Below are positions 47,504 through 55,982 of a stretch of 64,000 bases of DNA, one piece after another. This stretch comes from Acidobacteriota bacterium (lineage in GTDB: Bacteria > Acidobacteriota > UBA6911 > RPQK01 > JAJDTT01). Position numbers and translations under genes: made by a program. Location: NCBI GenBank assembly GCA_965209055.1, contig OZ242374.1, positions 5,760,001 to 5,824,000 of the forward strand, read 5' to 3'. The notes beneath the pieces are model-generated. The model saw only the letters and a program-made list of their open reading frames with translations. It made no database searches and had not been told where the DNA came from. Every line of letters starts with the position of its first letter. The stretch's first letter is position 1.

Positions 47504-49482
47504 GGCGATTCGAACGCCCAGGCCCGGCCGTCCAGGGGTCCGGGATCCTCGACCTGAAACAACCGGTACAGCGTCGGCGCCACGTCCATGATGTGCAGAT
47601 TCTCCGAAAGTATCTTGCGATTGGAGACGGCGAAGCCCTCGGTGTCCGAAAAATCGGAGGCGCAGTGGTCACCGCTCCATTTCCTGAGGTTGGCGACGAG
47701 GACGTGCTCCGGCACGGCGCCCAGGGCCGTCTGCCACGAAGTCCGGTAACCGGATCGGAAGCTGAGTTGGATATCCCCGGCATGCTCGATTTCATCGCCG
47801 GAGTAGATGTCTTCCCTGAAATATGCGTTCTGCACCACCGCTTCTCCGGTTTCCGGGTCTCGATACTCGAGAATTTCCCGAGAAATGTCCCGGACCAGAT
47901 CCATGTAGTCGCGGCCGGGATCGACGATGCCCTGACCCTCCCGCCCCTTCAGGTTCACGTAGATATGGCCCAGGCCCAGGGCATACGCTTGGGTCCGGCT
48001 CCAGTCGACGTTGGGGAAGAAGCTCCCGCCGCGATAGACCTGCTCCAGCCGCTTCACATCGGTGTCGGCCCGGACGCCTTTGAGAACCAGGAACCCATTC
48101 TCCAGGAGCCAGGTGTTGGTGTTGAATTCCTTGCGCCAGGAATGAAACCCATGATCGGAAACCACCAGCAGCAGATCCTGGGGGTCCAGGCGCTCCAAGA
48201 CCTGGGAGACGATAGAGTCCATCTTCCGGTAGACGTTCAACACGGCTCTGCCGTAGGCCTGAGCTCCCTTCGCGTCGTAACGGGGATGTTGGGGATCGAT
48301 GAAGCGGTAGAACATGTGTGCGGCGCTGTCGGTGGCCGTGAAGACGGCCGTGTACAGGGAGGCTTCACCCCGGTCCAGCTCGTGCATCAGGAGCCGCTCC
48401 AGATGGTTCATGTTGCGGAAGAGGTCCTCAAGAAAGACCTGCTCGTCGATCTGCTCTTCGTTGAGGCCCCAGGTCTCATGGATCCAACCCAGGGTCTTGA
48501 ACGGGGCGAGCCAGGAGGCGAGGTCACCCGAGTAACCGGCCGGAGTCGAGAGGGGCAGAACGGGACCGGCCGGATCGAGACTGATGGGCATCAGGTAGAG
48601 CCTCACTTCGGGGAACGTCTCCAGGACATAGAAACGGCTGATGCCCCGGATCTTGACCAGAGGTCCCGCAGAAAAGACGAAACGGAACCAGTCGCTCCAC
48701 TGCCCCTCGTCGACCTCCTCCTCCTGATCCTGGAGCCTGATCGTCAGGGCAGTCGACTGCGGGTCCAACTCCACCGACAGCGGAATCGTCAGCCGGACCA
48801 GTTCCTCCTCTCTGGGGTCGGCGGGTCCGTCGATCAGCGCCTGAAAACGTCCGTCCTCTCCCTCCAGCCGAATCACCCGGCCGCCGAACTCGGTATCCTG
48901 CAGATCCCAGCGGCTCACGTCGGTGGAGAGGTAGAAGTAGGTCCCCCACGTCCCCCGGACATCGGGCACGCCGAGCCCCGACAGAGTGGTCCCGTGGTCG
49001 AGGGACCGGGGCGGAAACTCCAGGGGAAGCCGCAGATTGGCGGTGACGATGCCGCCCCGATCCAATTGCTCCCAGTAGGGAACGCCCTTGCGGTTGTTAG
49101 TCACCCGCGCTCCCCGGATGGGGATGGTCTTGAACAGAAAGCGGGGCTTTTCCACCTTCACGAGGCCGATGTCGGGCATGTAGGTGGCGGGGTCCCGGCG
49201 GAGGAAGTCGAAGATTCCGTGCCGGCCCGGATTGAGTCCGGTGGCGAAGCTGGCCCAAGCCACGGGGGACTCGGGAGGGTTGGTGGTGCCCAGGGTCGAC
49301 AGGGTCCCCTGCTCCCCCAGGCGTCGGATGGTGGGAAGCTCTTCGATCCATTGATCCACCAGATCGGGGTCCACGCCGTCGAAGCCCAGGACCACGACCT
49401 TGAAGCCGGGTTGCCTGGGGGCGGGTGTACAGAATGCGCCCAGAAGGACCATCAGAACGAGTCCCACCCGATTCCAGGTCAT
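47500..49482 (-). CDS. Alkaline phosphatase superfamily / type I phosphodiesterase, exported
   Basis: VVVLGFDG, PPESPVAW, NPGRHGIFDF, VVSDHGF, WSGDH, DVAPT. Confidence 0.85.
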   Translation of the reverse strand: MTWNRVGLVLMVLLGAFCTPAPRQPGFKVVVLGFDGVDPDLVDQWIEELPTIRRLGEQGTLSTLGTTNPPESPVAWASFATGLNPGRHGIFDFLRRDPATYMPDIGLVKVEKPRFLFKTIPIRGARVTNNRKGVPYWEQLDRGGIVTANLRLPLEFPPRSLDHGTTLSGLGVPDVRGTWGTYFYLSTDVSRWDLQDTEFGGRVIRLEGEDGRFQALIDGPADPREEELVRLTIPLSVELDPQSTALTIRLQDQEEEVDEGQWSDWFRFVFSAGPLVKIRGISRFYVLETFPEVRLYLMPISLDPAGPVLPLSTPAGYSGDLASWLAPFKTLGWIHETWGLNEEQIDEQVFLEDLFRNMNHLERLLMHELDRGEASLYTAVFTATDSAAHMFYRFIDPQHPRYDAKGAQAYGRAVLNVYRKMDSIVSQVLERLDPQDLLLVVSDHGFHSWRKEFNTNTWLLENGFLVLKGVRADTDVKRLEQVYRGGSFFPNVDWSRTQAYALGLGHIYVNLKGREGQGIVDPGRDYMDLVRDISREILEYRDPETGEAVVQNAYFREDIYSGDEIEHAGDIQLSFRSGYRTSWQTALGAVPEHVLVANLRKWSGDHCASDFSDTEGFAVSNRKILSENLHIMDVAPTLYRLFQVEDPGPLDGRAWAFESP

Positions 49483-49775
49483 GGCGCCTGCCGCGTATCG
49501 GTTGTGCGGACAGCGTTGCCGGCTCGCATATTGCCGTTCAGTCTACTACGACCCCGCGATACTCAGACACAGGGAGCGAAATGCCGCCCCAGGCAACACG
49601 GGAGAACACTGATCTGGCCCGTCCTCCCCACGGGGGATCACCAACCAGGTATGCCTTGGGCCCGGAGTTGAGGGCCGGATGCCAATACTGGCGATGGCCC
49701 CGGGATCGGGTCCGTTCGTTGACACCATCCGGGCCCTTCACTAAGATTCATTTTCCGCAAGCGGGGGAGCCAAGT

Positions 49776-50273
49776 GTGGAGCAGATCGTCTTTTACGTCT
49801 TCGCAGCCGTAGCCGTCGGCTCTGCCCTTCTCGTCGTGCTCCAGCAGCGCGCCGTCTACAGCGCCTTCTCCCTGATCGTCTGTTTTGGCGCTCTGGCCGT
49901 TCTCTATTTTCAGTTGGGAGCCGCCCTCGTCGCCGCGTTGCAGGTCATCGTTTACGCCGGGGCCATCATGGTCCTGTTCCTGTTCGTGATCATGCTGCTG
50001 GATCCGCAGTCCGAGAGGTTCGGTCCCGACCGGTTCAAGAAAACGGCCTTGGCCGGGTTGCCTGCGGCCGCCTTTCTGGGGTTTGTTCTGCTGCGCGTCT
50101 TCCCGGCGTGGAGCCCCCGGGGATCAGGCGACCCGCTCGGCTCGGGCGAAGGTCCGAAAAGAATCGCCCATATTCTCTTCCAGGACTATCTGCTTCCCTT
50201 CGAGGTCACCTCCATCCTGATCCTGGTGGCTATTCTGGGCGCCGTCGTCCTGGTCAAGCATCGTCCCGATTGA
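49776..50273 (+). CDS. nuoJ: NADH-quinone oxidoreductase subunit J
   Basis: QVIVYAGAIMVLFLFVIMLL, YLLPFEVTSILIL. Confidence 0.95.
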   Translation: MEQIVFYVFAAVAVGSALLVVLQQRAVYSAFSLIVCFGALAVLYFQLGAALVAALQVIVYAGAIMVLFLFVIMLLDPQSERFGPDRFKKTALAGLPAAAFLGFVLLRVFPAWSPRGSGDPLGSGEGPKRIAHILFQDYLLPFEVTSILILVAILGAVVLVKHRPD

Positions 50274-50581
50274 TGGGTATGGTCCCTGCCTCTCACTACC
50301 TGGCGCTGGGCGCGGTTCTCTTCGTCATCGGCGTCGCCGGCTTCGTTGTCAGACGCAACGTCATCACCATGTTCATGTCGGTGGAACTGATGCTCAACGC
50401 CGTCAACCTGACGTTTCTGGCCTACGCGCGGACGTTGAACCAGGTAGACGCCCACATCTTCGTCTTCTTCGTCATGACCGTAGCCGCGGCGGAGGCGGCG
50501 GTGGGTCTGGCGCTGATCCTGGGTCTCGACCGGCATTCCCAGACCCTTGACATCGACTCCGTCAACAAGCTGCAGGGCTGA
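50273..50581 (+). CDS. nuoK: NADH-quinone oxidoreductase subunit K
   Basis: RRN...SVELMLNAVNL, VAAAEAAVGLA. Confidence 0.95.
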   Translation: MGMVPASHYLALGAVLFVIGVAGFVVRRNVITMFMSVELMLNAVNLTFLAYARTLNQVDAHIFVFFVMTVAAAEAAVGLALILGLDRHSQTLDIDSVNKLQG

Positions 50582-50583
50582 CC

Positions 50584-52518
50584 ATGATCGAGTATTTCTG
50601 GCTGGCCCTGGTCCCACCCCTCGCCGGTTTCCTGTTCAACGGCCTGGCGGGGAAACGGCTGCCGGATCGCATCGTCTCCGGCGCCGGCTGCGCGGCCACC
50701 GGAGCCAGCTTCCTGTTTCTGCTGGCCGTCTTCGCCGAGTTCATCCGGCTGCCGGCCCAGGAGCAGCAGATCGTCCACCGCCTCTTCACCTGGATTCAGG
50801 CGGGGACCTTCACCGCCGAGTGCAGCTTCCTGCTGGACCCTCTCTCCATGGTCATGCTCCTGGTCATCACGGGGGTCGGATTCCTGATTCACGTCTACTC
50901 CACCGCCTACATGAAGGGCGAGACAGGTCTGTACCGCTATTTCTCCTATCTGAACCTCTTCGTCTTCATGATGTCCCTGCTGGTGATGGCGGGGAACTAC
51001 CTGCTGCTGTTCGTGGGATGGGAAGGGGTGGGCCTCTGCTCCTATCTCCTGATCGGCTACTACATCGAGCGGAAGAGCGCCGGCGATGCGGCCAAGAAGG
51101 CCTTCGTGGTGAATCGGGTGGGAGACGCCTGTTTTCTCCTGGGCGTCTTTCTAATCTTCAAGACCTTCGGGACCCTGGAGTTCGGTTCCCTCTTCGAAAC
51201 CGTGAGCCGGACCCATCCCCAGCCCGAGAGCGGCTTCACCGTCCTGGCGGCAATCACTCTGCTTCTGTTCCTGGGGGCGACGGGCAAGAGCGCCCAGATC
51301 CCGCTTCAGGTCTGGCTGCCGGACGCCATGGAGGGACCCACTCCGGTGAGCGCCCTGATCCACGCCGCCACCATGGTGACCGCGGGCGTCTACCTGGTGG
51401 TGCGGTCGGCCGCACTCTACAGCCGGGCCCCCGACGTGCTCCTGCTGGTAGCCGTCGTCGGAGTCTTGACGGCCCTCCTGGCGGCCCTCACGGCGCTGGT
51501 CCAACGGGACATCAAGAAGGTCCTGGCCTACTCCACCATCAGCCAGCTGGGCTACATGTTCATGGCGCTGGGAGTGGGCGCTTTCAGCACCGGGATTTTC
51601 CACCTGTTCACCCACGCCTTCTTCAAAGCCCTGCTCTTCCTGGGGGCGGGGAGCGTCCTGCTGAGGCTTCACCACGAACTGGACCTGTTCCGCATGGGGG
51701 GTCTGAAGAACTCCCTGAGAGTGACCTGTTGGACCATGTGGGTGGGGACCGCGGCCCTGGCCGGAATGTTCCCCCTGTCCGGGTTCTTCTCCAAGGACGA
51801 GATCCTGTGGAGAGCCCTCGACAGTCCCCTGGGGCATCCGGTCTTCTGGGTGGCGGGCCTGGTGGTGGCCGGCCTCACCGCCTTCTACATGTGCCGGCTC
51901 ATGTTCCTGGCCTTCTACGGATCGCCCGCGCACGGCCACGAGGAATCCGGCGCGGAAGCGGGAACCGCCGTCACCACGCCCCTGACCATACTGGCCGGGG
52001 CGGCGGCGGTCGCCGGAATCGCCGGTCTGCCGGCTTACCTGGGCGACCACCGGTTGGATCAGTTCCTGGCGCCCGTGTTCCGGCACTCCTACGACCACGG
52101 CGTCTCCGGGAGCCACGCCTCCCACAGCATGGAGTTGTTGGCGGGTGGCGCGGCCCTGGCCATCAGCCTGTTGGGCGCCGGCCTGGCCTACCGGCTCTAC
52201 GCCCGGGACCGGTCTCTCCCCCGGCGGTTGGCCGACCGGTATCCGGCGCTCCACGGCACGCTCCTGCGGCAGTTCCGGATCGACGAGGCCTATTCCGTTT
52301 TCGTGGTCGGCGGTCTCAAGGCTCTGTCCCGCCGGGTGCTGTGGAGAATCGTCGACGTGGGCGTCGTGGACGGGGCGGTCAACGGCACCGCCTCCCTGTT
52401 TCGGCGATGGAGCGGCGTTGCGACGCGGATGCAGAGTGGGAACACCCGCACCTACGCGGCGTGGATCGTGACCGGGGCCGCATTGGTCTTCCTGTATCTC
52501 TTTAGCGTGATCGGCTGA
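50584..52518 (+). CDS. nuoL: NADH-quinone oxidoreductase subunit L
   Basis: GWEGVGLCSYLLIG, GKSAQIPL, WLPDAMEGPTPVSALIHAATMV, KKVLAYST, HAFFKA. Confidence 0.96.
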   Translation: MIEYFWLALVPPLAGFLFNGLAGKRLPDRIVSGAGCAATGASFLFLLAVFAEFIRLPAQEQQIVHRLFTWIQAGTFTAECSFLLDPLSMVMLLVITGVGFLIHVYSTAYMKGETGLYRYFSYLNLFVFMMSLLVMAGNYLLLFVGWEGVGLCSYLLIGYYIERKSAGDAAKKAFVVNRVGDACFLLGVFLIFKTFGTLEFGSLFETVSRTHPQPESGFTVLAAITLLLFLGATGKSAQIPLQVWLPDAMEGPTPVSALIHAATMVTAGVYLVVRSAALYSRAPDVLLLVAVVGVLTALLAALTALVQRDIKKVLAYSTISQLGYMFMALGVGAFSTGIFHLFTHAFFKALLFLGAGSVLLRLHHELDLFRMGGLKNSLRVTCWTMWVGTAALAGMFPLSGFFSKDEILWRALDSPLGHPVFWVAGLVVAGLTAFYMCRLMFLAFYGSPAHGHEESGAEAGTAVTTPLTILAGAAAVAGIAGLPAYLGDHRLDQFLAPVFRHSYDHGVSGSHASHSMELLAGGAALAISLLGAGLAYRLYARDRSLPRRLADRYPALHGTLLRQFRIDEAYSVFVVGGLKALSRRVLWRIVDVGVVDGAVNGTASLFRRWSGVATRMQSGNTRTYAAWIVTGAALVFLYLFSVIG

Positions 52519-54050
52519 TGCCCATGGCTGCGTATCCTCTGAGCCTGTTGCTGCTGATTCCGGCAATCGGAGCCATTGTGGTCTGCCTGCTCCCGTCCGA
52601 ACGGGAACGGCTCCTGAAATGGGCGGCTTTCATCGCTTCCCTGGCGACGTTTCTCTGGTCGGCCGTTCTCTTCCGGAATTTCGACAACCAGGCCGGTTCC
52701 TTCCAGATGGTGGAGCAGGCCGACTGGTTCCGGGCCGCCGGTTTCCAGGTCCAGTACTACCTGGGCCTGGACGGCATCAGCCTGCTCCTGGTGCTCCTGA
52801 CCACAGTCCTGATCCCATTGGCGCTGTTGTCGAGCTGGAACCTCAAGGACAGGCTCAAGCTCTACCTGGCCTCCATCCTGCTCCTGGAAGTGGGAATACT
52901 GGGGGTCTTCCTGGCTCTGGACCTGATCCTCTTCTACGTCTTCTGGGAGGTCTCCCTGATCCCCATGTATTTCCTGATCGGAATCTGGGGGTCCCAACGG
53001 CGCATCTACGCGGCGGTGAAGTTCTTCATCTACACCATGGCCGGTTCTCTGCTGATGTTGGCGGGGATCGTCATCCTCTATTTCCTGCTGGGAACCGGCA
53101 ACTTCGATCTGGTGGAAATGATCGGGATCCTGAAGCGGGGCGAGGCGGTTCTCTCCCCGGGAGTCGAGACCCTTCTCTTCGGCCTGTTCTTCGTGGCCTT
53201 CGCCGTCAAGGTTCCCGTCTTTCCGTTGCACACCTGGCTGCCGGACGCCCACACCGAGGCGCCGACGGCCGCTTCCGTGATCCTGGCCGGCGTCCTGCTC
53301 AAGATGGGGGCCTACGGGCTCCTGCGCTTCTGCCTTCCCCTCTTTCCCTCGGCGTCGGTCCAGTTGGCGCCGGCGGTCTGCGTGCTGGCGTTGATCGGAA
53401 TCATCTACGGCGCCCTGGTGGCCATGGTGCAGCCCGACCTGAAGCGGCTCGTGGCCTATTCGTCCGTCAGCCACCTGGGATTCGTAGTGCTGGGCATCTT
53501 CTCCTTCAACTTTCAGTCCATGGAGGGAGCCGCCTACCAGATGCTCAATCATGGAGTCTCCACCGGAGCCCTGTTTCTCCTGGTGGGTATCCTCTACGAG
53601 CGCCGTCACACCCGCCGGATCGATGAGTTCGGGGGGCTGGCCCATTCCATGCCGCGCTATTCGGCCTGCTTTTTCGTCGTGCTGTTGGGAAGCATCGGGC
53701 TGCCCGGCCTCGGCGGGTTCGTGGGCGAGTTCCTCATTCTCCAGGGGACTTTTCTCACCAACGTCCCGGCCGCCGCCGTTGCGGTCTGCGGGGTGGTCCT
53801 GTCGGCGGCGTACATGCTCTGGATGTACCAGCGGGTCTTTCTGGGACGGGTCGAAAAGGAAGCGAACCGCCGGCTCCCGGACCTGAGCTTCCGGGAGGGG
53901 GCGATGTTGATTCCGGCCATCGCGCTTTCGCTCTGGATGGGGATCGGCTCCGGCGCCTTTCTGAGAACCATGGACACCAGCATTCAACAGCTGGTGGACC
54001 GGCTAAACCAGGACCAGCACGAACAGGTAGTCCGAAGCGATGCCCCTTAA
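52518..54050 (+). CDS. nuoM: NADH-quinone oxidoreductase subunit M
   Basis: GLDGIS, FYVFWE, HTWLPDAHTEAPT, LLKMG, AYSSVSHLG, GFVGE. Confidence 0.96.
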   Translation: MPMAAYPLSLLLLIPAIGAIVVCLLPSERERLLKWAAFIASLATFLWSAVLFRNFDNQAGSFQMVEQADWFRAAGFQVQYYLGLDGISLLLVLLTTVLIPLALLSSWNLKDRLKLYLASILLLEVGILGVFLALDLILFYVFWEVSLIPMYFLIGIWGSQRRIYAAVKFFIYTMAGSLLMLAGIVILYFLLGTGNFDLVEMIGILKRGEAVLSPGVETLLFGLFFVAFAVKVPVFPLHTWLPDAHTEAPTAASVILAGVLLKMGAYGLLRFCLPLFPSASVQLAPAVCVLALIGIIYGALVAMVQPDLKRLVAYSSVSHLGFVVLGIFSFNFQSMEGAAYQMLNHGVSTGALFLLVGILYERRHTRRIDEFGGLAHSMPRYSACFFVVLLGSIGLPGLGGFVGEFLILQGTFLTNVPAAAVAVCGVVLSAAYMLWMYQRVFLGRVEKEANRRLPDLSFREGAMLIPAIALSLWMGIGSGAFLRTMDTSIQQLVDRLNQDQHEQVVRSDAP

Positions 54051-55470
54051 TACTTCCGTCCTGCTTCCGGAGATCCTTCTGGCCGTGGCCGGCATTCTGC
54101 TCATGCTGGCCATCCCGGTCCTTCCGTCTCGGCAGCAGGTCCGATTGGGCTACGCCGCGTCGCTGTTCCTGGCTGCGGCGTTGGTCACCGCTCTGCTCCA
54201 ATGGGGCGACCATGGTCCCGCCTTTTTCGGCATGGTGTCCATGGACGCTCTGGGCGGCGCCGCCAGGATCCTGTTTCTGGTCTCCAGCGCAACCGTTGCC
54301 CTGATTTCAGTCTCCTACCTGAAGCGGGAGCGGTTGCGGCACGGCGAATACTTCCCTCTCCTGTTGATGGCCACGGTGGGGATGTCGCTCATGGCCGTGA
54401 GCGCCGACCTCATCATGACTTTCCTGGGACTGGAGATCCTTTCCATCTCCAGCTACGTCCTGGCCGGTTACCGGCGGGGAGACCCCAGATCGAACGAGTC
54501 GGCCCTCAAGTACTTCCTCCTGGGCGCTTTCTCCACGGCCTTCATGCTCTATGGGATCGCCCTCCTGTACGGCGCGGCCGGTTCGACGAAGTATGCGGCG
54601 ATCGCCGAGGCGGCGGCCCAGGGACAGGCGGGAACCGCCACCTTCCTGTTGGGCCTTGGACTGCTTCTCGTGGGATTCGGCTTCAAGGCGGCTCTGGCGC
54701 CCTTGCACGTCTGGACTCCGGACGTCTACCAGGGAGCCCCGGTTCCCATCACCGCCCACTTGGCGGTGGGTTCCAAGGCCGCCGTCCTGATCACGTTGCT
54801 GCGCCTCCTTCACCAGGTGTTCCCTGCCAGCGCCGACCAGTGGCAGGTCGTGCTCTGGATCGCCTGCGCCGCGACCATGATCATCGGCAACGTGGCGGCC
54901 CTGATCCAGACCGATGTCAAGCGCCTCCTGGCCTATTCCTCCATCGCCCACGCCGGTTACATCCTGCTCGGCGTCATCGCCAACAGCCCGGGAGGGAGAC
55001 AGGGGGTTCTCTTCTATCTGGCGGCCTACTCCCTGATGACGCTGGGAGCCTTCGCCGTGGTGCAGGTCTTCGCGCGCCGGGACGAGCAGTTCACCAAGCT
55101 GGAAGACTATCGGGGAATCGGTTACCGCCATCCGCTGCTGAGCGTCTCCCTGACCGTCTTTCTCCTCTCCCTGATCGGCATCCCGCCGACGGCGGGATTC
55201 TACGGAAAGCTCTTCCTCTTCTCGGCCGCCGTCGAAGCGGACCTGGCCGCCCTGGTGATTCTGGCGGTGCTGGCCTCGGCCGTGGGACTCTACTACTACC
55301 TGCAGATCATCGTCCTGATGTTCATGAAGGAGGCGGCCACGCCGCCGGAACCCGTCCCCATACCTCTGGCGGCACGGATCGTGATAATAATTATGGCCGC
55401 CGGCACCCTCTATCTGGGGGTCTACCCGGCGCAGGTTCTATCGATAGCCGGGGAGGCGGCAGGACTGTGA
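54040..55470 (+). CDS. nuoN: NADH-quinone oxidoreductase subunit N
   Basis: GEY, LEILS, ESALKYF, HVWTPDVYQGAP, KRLLAYSSIAH, GIPPTAGF. Confidence 0.96.
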   Translation: MPLNTSVLLPEILLAVAGILLMLAIPVLPSRQQVRLGYAASLFLAAALVTALLQWGDHGPAFFGMVSMDALGGAARILFLVSSATVALISVSYLKRERLRHGEYFPLLLMATVGMSLMAVSADLIMTFLGLEILSISSYVLAGYRRGDPRSNESALKYFLLGAFSTAFMLYGIALLYGAAGSTKYAAIAEAAAQGQAGTATFLLGLGLLLVGFGFKAALAPLHVWTPDVYQGAPVPITAHLAVGSKAAVLITLLRLLHQVFPASADQWQVVLWIACAATMIIGNVAALIQTDVKRLLAYSSIAHAGYILLGVIANSPGGRQGVLFYLAAYSLMTLGAFAVVQVFARRDEQFTKLEDYRGIGYRHPLLSVSLTVFLLSLIGIPPTAGFYGKLFLFSAAVEADLAALVILAVLASAVGLYYYLQIIVLMFMKEAATPPEPVPIPLAARIVIIIMAAGTLYLGVYPAQVLSIAGEAAGL

Positions 55471-55931
55471 AGCAGGCCAAGGCGAAGCTGGAAAAAGAGA
55501 TCCGGAAGCTGGAGCGGGAGCTGCGTGAGGAGCTTCCGGCGGCGCTCAAGAAAGCGCTGCAGTTGGGCGACCTAAGAGAGAACGCCGAGTACCAGACCGC
55601 CAAGGAGAGGCAGTCATACGTCCAGGCCCATCTGGCCAACCTGCAGCAGCGGCTGGCCAACCTATCCCTCATCAATCTGAGCAAGATCCCCACCGACCGC
55701 GTCTCCTACGGCTCCACCGTGGTCCTGTTCGACCTGGACACCGAGACCGAGGTGACCTACCGGCTGGTCACCAGCGAGGAGTCGGACGTCAAGGCCGGCC
55801 TGATCTCCACCACCTCTCCCATCGGCCGCAGCCTGATGAACCGGGAAGAGGGGGACGAAGTTCAGATCCGGACCCCCGGCGGGACCAAGCACTACGAGAT
55901 CGTCGAACTGACCACCATCCACGACGAGTAG
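55467..55931 (+). CDS. greA: Transcription elongation factor GreA
   Basis: GDLRENAEYQ, ISTTSPIGRSL, TPGG; GTGA overlap with nuoN. Confidence 0.93.
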   Translation: MKQAKAKLEKEIRKLERELREELPAALKKALQLGDLRENAEYQTAKERQSYVQAHLANLQQRLANLSLINLSKIPTDRVSYGSTVVLFDLDTETEVTYRLVTSEESDVKAGLISTTSPIGRSLMNREEGDEVQIRTPGGTKHYEIVELTTIHDE

Positions 55932-55982
55932 TGCCGGGAAAGCGGCACGCGCAGTGATTGCGCCGTACCGGTCTGCGTGCGC

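Noticed and set aside
49690-49730. Fluoride riboswitch suggested by GGCGATGG
   Set aside because: The remaining consensus elements are missing and no fluoride-related gene lies downstream.
5965-53987. Many long antisense or alternate-frame ORFs (e.g. 5965-7845, 7817-9901, 13537-15831, 15988-18495, 32388-34280, 47593-49671)
   Set aside because: They shadow well-supported genes, have no recognisable motifs, and are expected in high-GC DNA.
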